A stretch of 32,000 nucleotides of DNA from Candidatus Saccharimonadota bacterium (GTDB taxonomy: Bacteria; Patescibacteriota; Gracilibacteria; UBA4473): the NCBI GenBank assembly GCA_965228485.1, contig OZ245819.1, positions 360,001 to 392,000 on the forward strand. The letters are read 5' to 3'. Under the pieces are notes generated by a model that was not told where the DNA came from, made no database searches, and saw nothing but the letters and a program-made list of their open reading frames with translations. Both the position numbers and the translations under genes were made by a program. Below are positions 23,807-32,000 of the stretch, one piece after another. Each line of letters starts with the position of its first letter. Position 1 is the first letter of the stretch.

Positions 23807-25216
23807 ATGTCAGATGTTCTTGATTTCACTTCTCTTGACCGTGACGACCTTGACCATGCTGATAGTCAAGATTACGTAAGCAAATACCAAAAAGGATTGT
23901 CTGAAGATTTAATCCGACTGATTTCAAAAGAAAAAAATGAACCTGATTGGGTTTTGGATATTCGGCTAAAAGCTTTTGCTGAATTCAAAAAACGAACTAC
24001 CCCTGCTTGGGGTCCAGACCTTTCAAATCTAGACTTAGACGAAATTGTATATTTTGCTTCTCCTGACGCTGAAAAAAATCAAAAATCATGGGATGATGTA
24101 CCTGATGAAATCAAAAGAACTTTTGAGCGGCTTAAAATCCCAGAAGCTGAACGAGCCGTTTTAGCCGGAGTTGGAGCACAGTATGACAGTGAGACCGTGT
24201 ACCATAATTTAAAAGATGAATGGACTGATCAGGGAGTTATTTTTGAGGACTTCGATGTTGCGATTCAAAAATACCCAGAACTAGTAAAAAAATATTTTAC
24301 CAAATGCATTCCAATCAATGATCATAAATTCTCAGCCCTTCATTATGCAATCTTTTCTGGCGGAACATTTCTCTATGTTCCAGAAGGGGTAGAAGTAACC
24401 CAACCACTACAGGCTTATTTTCGGATGAATGCCAAAAATGGAGGTCAATTTGAACACACTTTAATCGTTGTTGAAGATGGCGCTGACGCCGAATACATAG
24501 AAGGATGTTCCGCCCCAAAATTTGGAAGTAACTCTCTTCATGCAGGAGGTGTTGAACTCTTTGTTGGTAAAGGAGCTCGAGCTCGATACTCTTCTGTAGA
24601 AAACTGGTCTCAAGACACTTATAATCTCAACACAAAAAGAGCCCTGGTCCAAGAAAAAGGAAAGGTTGAATGGATCGGAGGAAATTTAGGTTCAGGGACA
24701 ACCATGCTATATCCTGCTTCTGTTCTTATGGGAGATTATTCCAAAGCTGATCACCTAGGGGTGGCCTTTGCCAATAAATACCAGAACCAAGATACAGGAG
24801 CAAAGATCACTATTCTTGGAAAGAATGCCCGAGCCTCTGTAGTTTCAAAAAGCCTCTCAAAAGGGGGGGGAATCTCAACTTACCGAGGTTTACTAGATAT
24901 CAAAAAAACTGCTGATAATGCTATTGTGACGGTTGAATGTGATGCCCTCATGCTCGATGACTTAGGGTCTGTAAGTGACACAATCCCACACATCAACTGC
25001 GAAAATGATTCTGCACAAGTGAATCATGAAGCCAGTGCTGGGAAAATTTCTGACGAAGTACTCCTCTACTTTGAATCTCGAGGAATTGATGAGGAGACTG
25101 CAAAAGGAATGATCGTTAATGGTTTCTTGGATGAAATTGTTAAAACGCTTCCCCTTGAATATGCTGGAGAACTCAATCGATTGATTGAACTGGAAATGGA
25201 AGGAAGTGTTGGATAG
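23807..25216 (+). CDS. sufB: Fe-S cluster assembly scaffold SufB
   Basis: 469 aa. 'HYAIFSGGTFLYVPEGVEV', 'HTLIVVEDGADAEYIEGC' and 'NHEASAGKISDEVLLYFESRGIDEETAKGMIVNGF' are typical SufB motifs. Confidence 0.92.
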   Translation: MSDVLDFTSLDRDDLDHADSQDYVSKYQKGLSEDLIRLISKEKNEPDWVLDIRLKAFAEFKKRTTPAWGPDLSNLDLDEIVYFASPDAEKNQKSWDDVPDEIKRTFERLKIPEAERAVLAGVGAQYDSETVYHNLKDEWTDQGVIFEDFDVAIQKYPELVKKYFTKCIPINDHKFSALHYAIFSGGTFLYVPEGVEVTQPLQAYFRMNAKNGGQFEHTLIVVEDGADAEYIEGCSAPKFGSNSLHAGGVELFVGKGARARYSSVENWSQDTYNLNTKRALVQEKGKVEWIGGNLGSGTTMLYPASVLMGDYSKADHLGVAFANKYQNQDTGAKITILGKNARASVVSKSLSKGGGISTYRGLLDIKKTADNAIVTVECDALMLDDLGSVSDTIPHINCENDSAQVNHEASAGKISDEVLLYFESRGIDEETAKGMIVNGFLDEIVKTLPLEYAGELNRLIELEMEGSVG

Positions 25217-25275
25217 AGAATTAAGCCTCAATTAATTTTAAGGCCTGTCTCTTCCAAAAATCACATCAATCTTAA

Positions 25276-25572
25276 TCACTCCAAAACGAGCCTGAGCCGC
25301 ACATGACACCGCTCTAATGTGTCTGATTTTAAAGGAGTTCCTGGAGCAGGAAGGCACTCTTGAAATCCTCTTTTTTTGGCTTCGGAAATAAATTTTGAAA
25401 CACTCTCTTGAACCTCTTCCCCCAAAACAATTCCCCCAGTTCTATTAGTGACCTCAAGAAATGCTAGTCCTGCAGAAGTCACATTCCGGTGCAATGCCAA
25501 ACCCATGAAGTCTTGCAGACTTTTTAATTGTTCCTGTCCCCAAAGTGATTCTGTTTCTCTATAAGTTTCCAT
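25276..25572 (-). CDS. hypothetical protein (98 aa)
   Basis: ATG-initiated ORF that fills the gap between sufB and the next genes. No motif recognised, so coding status is uncertain. Confidence 0.35.
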   Translation of the reverse strand: METYRETESLWGQEQLKSLQDFMGLALHRNVTSAGLAFLEVTNRTGGIVLGEEVQESVSKFISEAKKRGFQECLPAPGTPLKSDTLERCHVRLRLVLE

Positions 25573-25672
25573 CTTAATAAATTTTTAATACGGCAGGGTT
25601 TTATTTTTTCAGAGGAAAAGTGTCAAAAAAAATTGTTTGTTGATATAAATCCAGAGATATATTTCAAAATAC

Positions 25673-25912
25673 ATGAAGAGAGAGACTATCGATCAAATAA
25701 ATAAACGAGTCGACAGCAATAAGCAATGGGAAACAAGCTGGACACGCAAAGTAGTTATTGCTGCTATTACCTATATCAGTGCTTTAATTTTTCTATGGGT
25801 TATTGAAGTTCCCGATCCTTATTTAGCAGCGCTCGTTACAACTGGTGGTTTTTTACTCTCAACTTCAACACTACAGCCAATACGAATACTCTGGGAAAAA
25901 TATAAAACCTAA
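25673..25912 (+). CDS. small two-TM membrane protein (79 aa)
   Basis: Charged N-terminus followed by two hydrophobic helices ('VVIAAITYISALIFLWVI' and 'LAALVTTGGFLLS'). No family assignment. Confidence 0.4.
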   Translation: MKRETIDQINKRVDSNKQWETSWTRKVVIAAITYISALIFLWVIEVPDPYLAALVTTGGFLLSTSTLQPIRILWEKYKT

Positions 25913-27006
25913 TTATTTCGATCAAAGCTAACCGTTCGAATCAGGTCCAGTTCTAAGTAAACATCTTCCCCCAAAACTTCTGATAATTGAGATTCGATTT
26001 GATTAAATTTTGCTCGAGTAAGAGAAACCGATTCTGGAACATAAAATGTTCCATTGATGGTTTTTACGTCTTCATCCTGGCGAAGCGTGAGATTTTTTAT
26101 TCGTGCTCCAGGCATCTCCACTTCGATAATTGATTCAAACGACTGTCTAGTTTGCTCTAAAATAACTCGTTGTTGCTGAATTTTACCCAGATTAAAAGAA
26201 AGTAATATCCATAAACCAAGAGTCACCACCAAAAGAAACGCTATTTTTCCGAGAGAAGATTCTGTCTGCGAACGATGAGGATTAAATCCATAAAATATAA
26301 AGAGTATCGTTCCCACCACCAATATGGCCACCAAATTAGTAATAAACAGCAATGTGGCTCCCCAGGCTAAATCCATATTCCCCCAAAAAAGCTCTATTCC
26401 GATTACGACCAGGGGTGGCATCAATGCTGTAGCCATCGCCACCCCTGCTACGCTTTCATACAGTCGTTTATAGGCGTGAGCCAGAATAGCAATTATCGCC
26501 GAAAATATAGCGATCAAAAGATCGATCAAATTTGGTTGAGTTCGGGCCAAAATTTCGTCTGTCGACTCTACTCCCGAAAGAAAAAATAAAACTATCATGG
26601 GAGTCAAAATCGAAACCAAAACGCTAATAGATAGGAGTTTTAATCCTCGGGCGAATAACTCAGCTCGTCCTAAAACAATTGAGTAAGCCAATCCCTGAAT
26701 CGGTCTCAACAGCGGAGCTATAAGCATGGCTCCAATAATCACCGCCACAGAATTTTGAAGTAACCCAAAAGTTGCTACAAGAGCGGCTAGTATTAATTCT
26801 ATCCAATAGAGTTTTGTCGTTTTCACGCCTTCCGATACTCGTTGAGAAATCTCAGCCTTAGCTTCTGGAGGCTGCTGCATAATAGCTAATTTATCGAACA
26901 TCACATCAAATATATAATCCCAAGAAGCCCCTTCTGGTAACCCTAGGAATTGCTTTAATTTATTTTCAAAACGAATCCATTTAAACCTAATTTTAGTCTT
27001 GTCCAT
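25909..27006 (-). CDS. DUF389/TIGR00341-like polytopic membrane protein (365 aa)
   Basis: Six to seven TM helices with 'GAMLIAPLLRPI' and 'ALMPPLVVIG' (paired x-[LM]-x-PPL/PL motifs typical of DUF389), then a soluble C-terminal domain. Confidence 0.6.
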   Translation of the reverse strand: MDKTKIRFKWIRFENKLKQFLGLPEGASWDYIFDVMFDKLAIMQQPPEAKAEISQRVSEGVKTTKLYWIELILAALVATFGLLQNSVAVIIGAMLIAPLLRPIQGLAYSIVLGRAELFARGLKLLSISVLVSILTPMIVLFFLSGVESTDEILARTQPNLIDLLIAIFSAIIAILAHAYKRLYESVAGVAMATALMPPLVVIGIELFWGNMDLAWGATLLFITNLVAILVVGTILFIFYGFNPHRSQTESSLGKIAFLLVVTLGLWILLSFNLGKIQQQRVILEQTRQSFESIIEVEMPGARIKNLTLRQDEDVKTINGTFYVPESVSLTRAKFNQIESQLSEVLGEDVYLELDLIRTVSFDRNN

Positions 27007-27080
27007 CTAAAAAATGCTACTTATGAATCAAAATTGATAAAGCTCTTTTCAAAACTTGAAAATTCAATACATTCTTTGTG

Positions 27081-27608
27081 ATGAAAATTGATAATCCAAA
27101 CGGACAGAAAACGGTTACTGTAGAGAAAGATCAATCGATGGAAATTTTCTTAGAGGATTTTGAAAATGGATCTCGAGATTTTACCTTAACGGTGGAACTC
27201 ATTGGAGAAAATGCCGAGTGTCATGTTTATGGTCGTGCCCAAACTACTGGAAACGACCGAAAGTCTTGGCAAGTAAAACAAGTCTTCAAAGGAAAAAATC
27301 AAACCGCTTCAATCGATCTCAGAGGAACGGCAGAAGATCAAAGCTTTCTTGAATTTGATGGTGCTGGACACCTGACAACAGAATCGGAAAATGCTGACGC
27401 TAATATTGAAGAAAAAATTATTCTCTTTGATGAAGCCAAAGGAAAATCACTTCCCGTTTTACGGGTCGAAACAGACCAAGTAAAATCGGCAGGTCACGGA
27501 GCATCCATCGCTCCAGTAGATAAAGAAAAAGTCCTCTACTTTCAGTCTAGAGGTGTGAATAAAAAAGAAGCAGAAAAGCTGATTAAAGCTGGTTTCTTAA
27601 GTTTTTAA
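27081..27608 (+). CDS. sufD: minimal SufD-like (SufBD family) protein, 175 aa
   Basis: The C-terminal 'VKSAGHGASIAPVDKEKVLYFQSRGVNKKEAEKLIKAGFL' is the SufB/SufD signature end. The preceding ~130 aa are beta-helix-like. The tracked start is GTG 27078, but ATG 27081 is more likely. Confidence 0.7.
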   Translation: MKIDNPNGQKTVTVEKDQSMEIFLEDFENGSRDFTLTVELIGENAECHVYGRAQTTGNDRKSWQVKQVFKGKNQTASIDLRGTAEDQSFLEFDGAGHLTTESENADANIEEKIILFDEAKGKSLPVLRVETDQVKSAGHGASIAPVDKEKVLYFQSRGVNKKEAEKLIKAGFLSF

Positions 27609-27623
27609 ATACTCCCTTAAACT

Positions 27624-28478
27624 ATGCAAGATTTCATTAACAATATTCCGTGGCAGCACTACCTTAATCTTATGCTAGAGAGTGCTGGAAGCTTTACTCC
27701 CAAATTTTTTGGAGCGATCCTTACCCTTATCATTGGATGGATTGTGATCAACCGAGTCATTCGACTCATCAATAGGTTTTTTCAACGAACAAATCTTGAT
27801 GAAGCGCTAGAAACATTTTTAGAAAGCTTTTTAAGTATTGGCTTAAAGATTATTTTACTCGTTATTGTAGCTTCTATGTTGGGAATCCAAACCAGCTCCC
27901 TTGTGGCGCTGATGGGGGCTGCTGGGTTAGCGGTTGGGTTAGCTCTACAAGGGAGTCTTTCTAATTTTGCGGGTGGAGTTCTTATCCTTGTTTTCAAACC
28001 TTTTCGAATTGGAGATTATATTGACGCTCAAGGACAGGGCGGAACCGTCACTCAAATCCAAATTTTTAATACGGTGCTGAAGACCCCAGACAATAAAAAA
28101 ATTATTCTCCCAAACGGAAATCTTGCAAACGACGTGATCATAAACTTTACTGACCAGAAGGAACGACGTGTCGATTTTATCTTTGGAATTGGGTACAACG
28201 ACGATATTAAAAAAGCCAAAACTGTTTTAGAAAAAATTGTCGCTACTGATGAAAGAGTTCTCACAAAAAAAGATTACGAACCACAAATTGTCGTTGGGAA
28301 TCTAGGCGAAAGCAGTGTGGATATCTGGTGTCGAGTCTGGGTAAAGACTGATGACTATTGGGATTTCTTTTTTGAGAAAAATGAAGCCGTAAAAGTGGCT
28401 TTTGATAAAAATAATATTTCTATTCCCTTTCCTCAAACAGACGTTCATCACTACTATCCAGAAGGAGAAAACAAATAA
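27624..28478 (+). CDS. mscS: small-conductance mechanosensitive channel MscS (284 aa)
   Basis: Pore helix 'GAAGLAVGLALQGSLSNFAGGVLILVFKPFRIGDYI' and beta domain 'GTVTQIQIFNTVLKTPDNKKIILPNGNL'. Confidence 0.88.
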   Translation: MQDFINNIPWQHYLNLMLESAGSFTPKFFGAILTLIIGWIVINRVIRLINRFFQRTNLDEALETFLESFLSIGLKIILLVIVASMLGIQTSSLVALMGAAGLAVGLALQGSLSNFAGGVLILVFKPFRIGDYIDAQGQGGTVTQIQIFNTVLKTPDNKKIILPNGNLANDVIINFTDQKERRVDFIFGIGYNDDIKKAKTVLEKIVATDERVLTKKDYEPQIVVGNLGESSVDIWCRVWVKTDDYWDFFFEKNEAVKVAFDKNNISIPFPQTDVHHYYPEGENK

Positions 28479-28506
28479 TTGATTTTTTTTATAATTGTTT
28501 TATAAA
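28479..28506 (+). promoter_or_regulatory. possible promoter for pcm (TTGATT-N16-TATAAA)
   Basis: TTGATT at 28479-28484 and TATAAA at 28501-28506. An alternative TATAAT lies inside the spacer. The ATG is at 28534. Confidence 0.35.
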
Positions 28507-28533
28507 AATACAAATTAAAAACAAGCTTTTCTT

Positions 28534-29340
28534 ATGAGTTTAGCCGAAGATGTTACTTATAGCCGATTAGAAGCCAGCGCTTTTGAAGGAATGACAATAG
28601 AAGATCGCATCGAAGATCTTATACGATCAAGCCGAATAAGATTTCGAGATTTAAAATACTGGCTCTCAGGAGAAAATCCTCAAGATAAATTTACTGAAGC
28701 CACAAATAAAAGAGCTCAGAGGGTTTATGGTGTTGAAAAAGTTTCCGAACCAACTCTCAGGGCTATGAAAATGGTAGATCGGAGAGACTTTGTCCTTCCT
28801 TCTGTTAGAATATATGGTCGTGAAATGTCGGCATTAGGGATTGGGGAAGGGCAGACTATTTCCTCTCCAGACACTGTGGCCGTGATGCTTGATCTTCTGG
28901 AAATTAACCATGATAACAGTATTTTGGAAATTGGTGCTGGCTCAGGCTACAGTGCCGCAGTAATGTCAAAACTGACAAATGGAAGAATTGTCTCCTTAGA
29001 AAGAAGAAAAGAATTACAAGCCTTAGCAGCTATAAATTTAAAACGAGCAAAAGTTCCAAATGTAACGGTTTCAAGTGGAGACTATTTCGATAAAAGTCAA
29101 CGACTCCCAGGTAACATGCAAAAACTTCCAGAGACATATGACCGCATTGTTTCATGTGCTCAAATGGAAGACTATAGAGCGGCTCATCCACTTATTGATC
29201 GCTTAACCGAGGGTGGTATTTTTCTATCCCCCATTAAGCTTGATGACGGGAATGTCTATTTCTGCAAATATGTTCAAGGTCAAGGATGGGAAGAAGCCAG
29301 TATGAAAACTCAATTTGTACCCTACGTTACAAGTCGTTAG
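28534..29340 (+). CDS. pcm: protein-L-isoaspartate O-methyltransferase with ~70-aa N-terminal extension
   Basis: 'MKMVDRRDFV', 'GQTISSPDTVAVML', SAM motif I 'ILEIGAGSGYSAAV', 'YDRIVSCA' and 'GGIFLSPI'. Confidence 0.85.
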   Translation: MSLAEDVTYSRLEASAFEGMTIEDRIEDLIRSSRIRFRDLKYWLSGENPQDKFTEATNKRAQRVYGVEKVSEPTLRAMKMVDRRDFVLPSVRIYGREMSALGIGEGQTISSPDTVAVMLDLLEINHDNSILEIGAGSGYSAAVMSKLTNGRIVSLERRKELQALAAINLKRAKVPNVTVSSGDYFDKSQRLPGNMQKLPETYDRIVSCAQMEDYRAAHPLIDRLTEGGIFLSPIKLDDGNVYFCKYVQGQGWEEASMKTQFVPYVTSR

Positions 29341-29349
29341 TATAAATCT

Positions 29350-29649
29350 ATGGATTTCAACGAACGCTGTTATAAACTTCTAAGCACTGTTCCGGAGGGA
29401 AAAGTAACGACTTACAAAGCTTTAGCAGAAGCTCTCGAAACGAAAGCCTACCGTGCGGTAGGCAATGCTATGAACAAAAACCCTTACCCTCGAGACATAG
29501 TCCCCTGTCATCGAGTGGTTAACAGTAATGGCGATTTAGGCGGTTATGCTGGCAGAACTTCTGAAAAAATCCAAAGGCTTAAAGATGAAGGTGTGGAAGT
29601 TAAAGATGGAAAAATAATTAATTTTGAACAAATTTTTTATTCACCATAA
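29350..29649 (+). CDS. ogt: methylated-DNA--protein-cysteine methyltransferase, active-site domain only (99 aa)
   Basis: 'VPEGKVTTYKALA' and the active site 'VPCHRVV' (PCHR), then 'GDLGGYAG'. The N-terminal Ada/Ogt domain is absent. Confidence 0.85.
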   Translation: MDFNERCYKLLSTVPEGKVTTYKALAEALETKAYRAVGNAMNKNPYPRDIVPCHRVVNSNGDLGGYAGRTSEKIQRLKDEGVEVKDGKIINFEQIFYSP

Positions 29650-29675
29650 ACCACTATACTCAAAAGAACATCCAC

Positions 29676-29704
29676 TTGCACGTAAGTCTAGAACCAACTA
29701 TATT
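29676..29704 (+). promoter_or_regulatory. sigma70-type promoter for second mscS (TTGCAC-N17-TATATT)
   Basis: TTGCAC at 29676-29681, an exactly 17-nt spacer, and TATATT at 29699-29704, 29 nt before ATG 29734. Confidence 0.5.
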
Positions 29705-29733
29705 TTGAAGTACTCACTTAGTTTTCAAAAATT

Positions 29734-30570
29734 ATGAATTTAGAAAATATCGATTTTCAGAAGTATTTGGATGTAGTTATGGAGCTGGTTATTAACTATA
29801 CGCCAAAACTACTACTTGCCCTATTAACGCTCATAATCGGGCTTTTTATTATCAAACATATTACCAAAATTCTTGATAAAGCTTTTGCTCATCAAAAACT
29901 TGAACCTTCGCTAGCCGGCTTTCTTCACAGCCTAATCAGTATTGCTCTAAAAGTAGTATTAATTATTACTGTCGCGGGGATGGTAGGCGTCCAAATGACT
30001 TCTTTTATTGCTATCCTGGGAGCTGCAGGACTCGCTATTGGTTTAGCGCTTCAAGGAAGTTTGGCCAACTTTGCTGGTGGAGCATTAATTCTATTTTTTA
30101 AACCTTTTAAGGTTGGCGATTACATTGTAACGGGAATGGGTGAAGGTTACGTTCAACAGATTCAGATATTTAATACTATTTTGAAAACTCGAGATGACCG
30201 TTTCTTAATTCTTCCAAATGGAGACCTCTCAAATGGAGCTATAGACAATTACTCTGCTTTACCAAAACGCCGAGTACATGTAGATATTGGTGTGGCTTAC
30301 GATTCGGATATCGATGAAGTACGCGAAATTTTAATGAAAGTTATGGAAGACCTAAAACTTCCGGATGAACCGAAAAAATGTGTTTTGGTTCATGAACTTG
30401 GAGACAATGCGGTTATTATGAGATGTCGATTTTGGATGCCCGCCCCAAAAAGTTTTAAGATTCGATACGATATCAATGAAGCCGCAAAAAAAGCACTTGA
30501 TAAGGCTGGCGTTGGAATTCCGTTCCCCCAAAGAGACATTCATCACTATTATCCTGAAGGTAAAAAATGA
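29734..30570 (+). CDS. mscS: small-conductance mechanosensitive channel MscS, paralog of 27624-28478 (278 aa)
   Basis: 'GAAGLAIGLALQGSLANFAGGALILFFKPFKVGDYI'. It aligns with the first copy along its full length, including the shared C-terminus 'PFPQRDIHHYYPEG' versus 'PFPQTDVHHYYPEG'. Confidence 0.88.
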   Translation: MNLENIDFQKYLDVVMELVINYTPKLLLALLTLIIGLFIIKHITKILDKAFAHQKLEPSLAGFLHSLISIALKVVLIITVAGMVGVQMTSFIAILGAAGLAIGLALQGSLANFAGGALILFFKPFKVGDYIVTGMGEGYVQQIQIFNTILKTRDDRFLILPNGDLSNGAIDNYSALPKRRVHVDIGVAYDSDIDEVREILMKVMEDLKLPDEPKKCVLVHELGDNAVIMRCRFWMPAPKSFKIRYDINEAAKKALDKAGVGIPFPQRDIHHYYPEGKK

Positions 30571-31127
30571 AACAAGCTATGATCATTCACGGCACAGAAG
30601 GTTATCCAGAAGAAAACTGGTTTCCCTGGCTTAAATCTCAACTCGAATCTGAAGGCTATCAAGTTTTTGTACCTCAATTCCCTTCTCCTCCGATAATCCC
30701 TGCTAATATTGAGGAATGGTGGAAAGTACTTGAAGAGTATAAAGATATAATTACTGAAGAAACAATCATTATTGGTCACAGTCTTGGTGGGCTTTTCACA
30801 CTTCGCATTTTGGAAAAACTACCTCACCCTATAAAGCTTGCCGTAACTATAGGTTCTCCTGTGGGCATTGAACCGATTGCCAATTTCGATCGAGATAGCG
30901 CCTTTTGTGGCTTTGATTTAGATTGGGAAAAAATTAAAACTACCAGTAAAAACTTCATCATATTTCAATCAGATAATGACCCTTATGTCTGCCTAGGAAA
31001 TGAAGAATTTTTAGCTGAAAAACTTGAAACTGACCTTTCTTTTGTTCCTAATGCTGGACATTTTAATGCTACTGCTGGATATACCGAATTCCCACAACTA
31101 ATGAAACAATTAAAACCTTATCTTTGA
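30567..31127 (+). CDS. YdeN/RBBP9-type serine hydrolase (alpha/beta fold, 186 aa)
   Basis: 'AMIIHGTEGYPEENWFPWL', nucleophile elbow 'IIGHSLGG', 'QSDNDPYV' and 'NAGHFN' give a Ser-Asp-His arrangement and size typical of PF06821-like hydrolases. The ATG overlaps the mscS stop (ATGA). Confidence 0.7.
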   Translation: MKQAMIIHGTEGYPEENWFPWLKSQLESEGYQVFVPQFPSPPIIPANIEEWWKVLEEYKDIITEETIIIGHSLGGLFTLRILEKLPHPIKLAVTIGSPVGIEPIANFDRDSAFCGFDLDWEKIKTTSKNFIIFQSDNDPYVCLGNEEFLAEKLETDLSFVPNAGHFNATAGYTEFPQLMKQLKPYL

Positions 31128-32000
31128 TGCAAATAGCTTTTCTTGATACCCAATTAATGGGTCCCGATATTGACCTTAGTGTCTTTGAAAGTTTAGGAAC
31201 GGTTGATTTCCATACAGCAACTACGCCAGAAGAAACCATTCAGAGAATTAAAAATGCTGAGATTATTATTACTAACAAAGTAAAACTAACGGCTGAGAAT
31301 TTAAGTGAAGCTCCGAACTTAAAACTGATTGCTCTCACCTGCACTGGGACCGATGGAGTGGATTTGGAGTACTGCCGAGAAAACCATATTGCCGTGACAA
31401 ATGTCGCAGGATACTCAACCGCGAGCGTGGCTGAACAAACTTTTACCTTACTCTTTGGAGTGATGAGGCAAACTCAGTGGTTTGATCATTTTGTAAAGAA
31501 TGACTATCCCGATCATCATACCATTACAACTTTTGAAAGGAACTATCATGAAATAGCTGGAAAAACCTGGGGGATCATTGGGCTTGGTGGAATTGGGAAT
31601 AAAGTTGCTCAAATTGCGACAGCTTTTGACTGTAATGTTGTGTATCACTCTACTTCCGGAAAAAACACGAATGGTCCATATTCCCATAAGTCACTTGAAG
31701 AACTCTGTAAAGAATCTGATATTATTTCTATTCATGCGCCTCTATCTAAAAGAACAAAAAATTTGATCAATAAAGAAAATTTAAAACTTATGAAGCCAAG
31801 TGCTTACCTACTAAACCTCGGAAGAGGTGGCATTGTAAATGAAAGTGATTTAGCCGAAGCCTTAAACCAAAACCAGATTGCTGGAGCAGGGCTAGATGTC
31901 TTTGCAACAGAGCCGATAAATAGTGATAATCCTCTACTTTCACTCGATAACTCTGGAAAACTAATCACTTCACCTCACATTGCCTGGGCCAGTATCGAAG
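31127..32000 (+). CDS. D-isomer-specific 2-hydroxyacid dehydrogenase (glycerate dehydrogenase-like), 3'-truncated by window edge
   Basis: Not in the ORF track because no stop falls within the window. Hand translation from ATG 31127 (overlapping the previous TGA) is open to nt 32000: 'MQIAFLDTQL...'. NAD site 'WGIIGLGGIGNKVAQIA', then 'LLNLGRGGIVNESDLAEAL', 'AGAGLDVFATEP' and 'TSPHIAWAS' (catalytic His). Confidence 0.85.
   Translation, partial: MQIAFLDTQLMGPDIDLSVFESLGTVDFHTATTPEETIQRIKNAEIIITNKVKLTAENLSEAPNLKLIALTCTGTDGVDLEYCRENHIAVTNVAGYSTASVAEQTFTLLFGVMRQTQWFDHFVKNDYPDHHTITTFERNYHEIAGKTWGIIGLGGIGNKVAQIATAFDCNVVYHSTSGKNTNGPYSHKSLEELCKESDIISIHAPLSKRTKNLINKENLKLMKPSAYLLNLGRGGIVNESDLAEALNQNQIAGAGLDVFATEPINSDNPLLSLDNSGKLITSPHIAWASIE

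Noticed and set aside
1-32000. Alternative genetic code (UGA read as Gly, as in Gracilibacteria/SR1)
   Set aside because: Long conserved genes (tkt, sufB, ABC-F, folD) are intact under the standard code. TGA also sits where conserved proteins are expected to end, for example the SemiSWEET/tmk ATGA overlap at 12252-12255 and the hydrolase stop at 31125-31127.

Overview
AT-rich, very tightly packed bacterial chromosome segment read under the standard code. Many neighbouring genes overlap by 1-15 nt and almost none has a Shine-Dalgarno motif. This suggests an uncultivated, small-genome (CPR/Patescibacteria-like) bacterium, but that is inference only. I support about 31 protein genes, one tRNA-Gly(UCC) and two decayed gene remnants. 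Housekeeping content: rsmH plus an ftsL-like gene (edge of a dcw cluster without mraZ), a YrdC/TsaC-like gene, transketolase, an ABC-F ATPase, folP, a SemiSWEET, tmk, folD, sufC, sufB and a minimal sufD, pcm, ogt, and a 2-hydroxyacid dehydrogenase. The dehydrogenase runs off the 3' edge and is missing from the ORF track; I found it by hand translation. Five items do not look like ordinary core genes. (1) A 657-aa orphan protein made of five ~77-aa tandem repeats lies antisense between sufC and sufB. (2) An 886-aa secreted fibre/adhesin-like mosaic has collagen-like G-X-Y runs and a CBM5/12-like motif, and is followed immediately by a start-less, twice-frameshifted second copy of its own C-terminal tip domain. 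(3) A 990-aa KAP-family P-loop NTPase with four N-terminal TM helices lies in a very AT-rich block next to the tRNA-Gly. (4) A stand-alone PEP-utiliser phosphohistidine domain is broken by a frameshift at the catalytic His codon. (5) An SLH-anchored thioredoxin-fold protein. The window also holds three MscS-family channels and a 6-TM K+ channel with a C-terminal zinc ribbon. I found no CRISPR array, transposase, integrase or rRNA.
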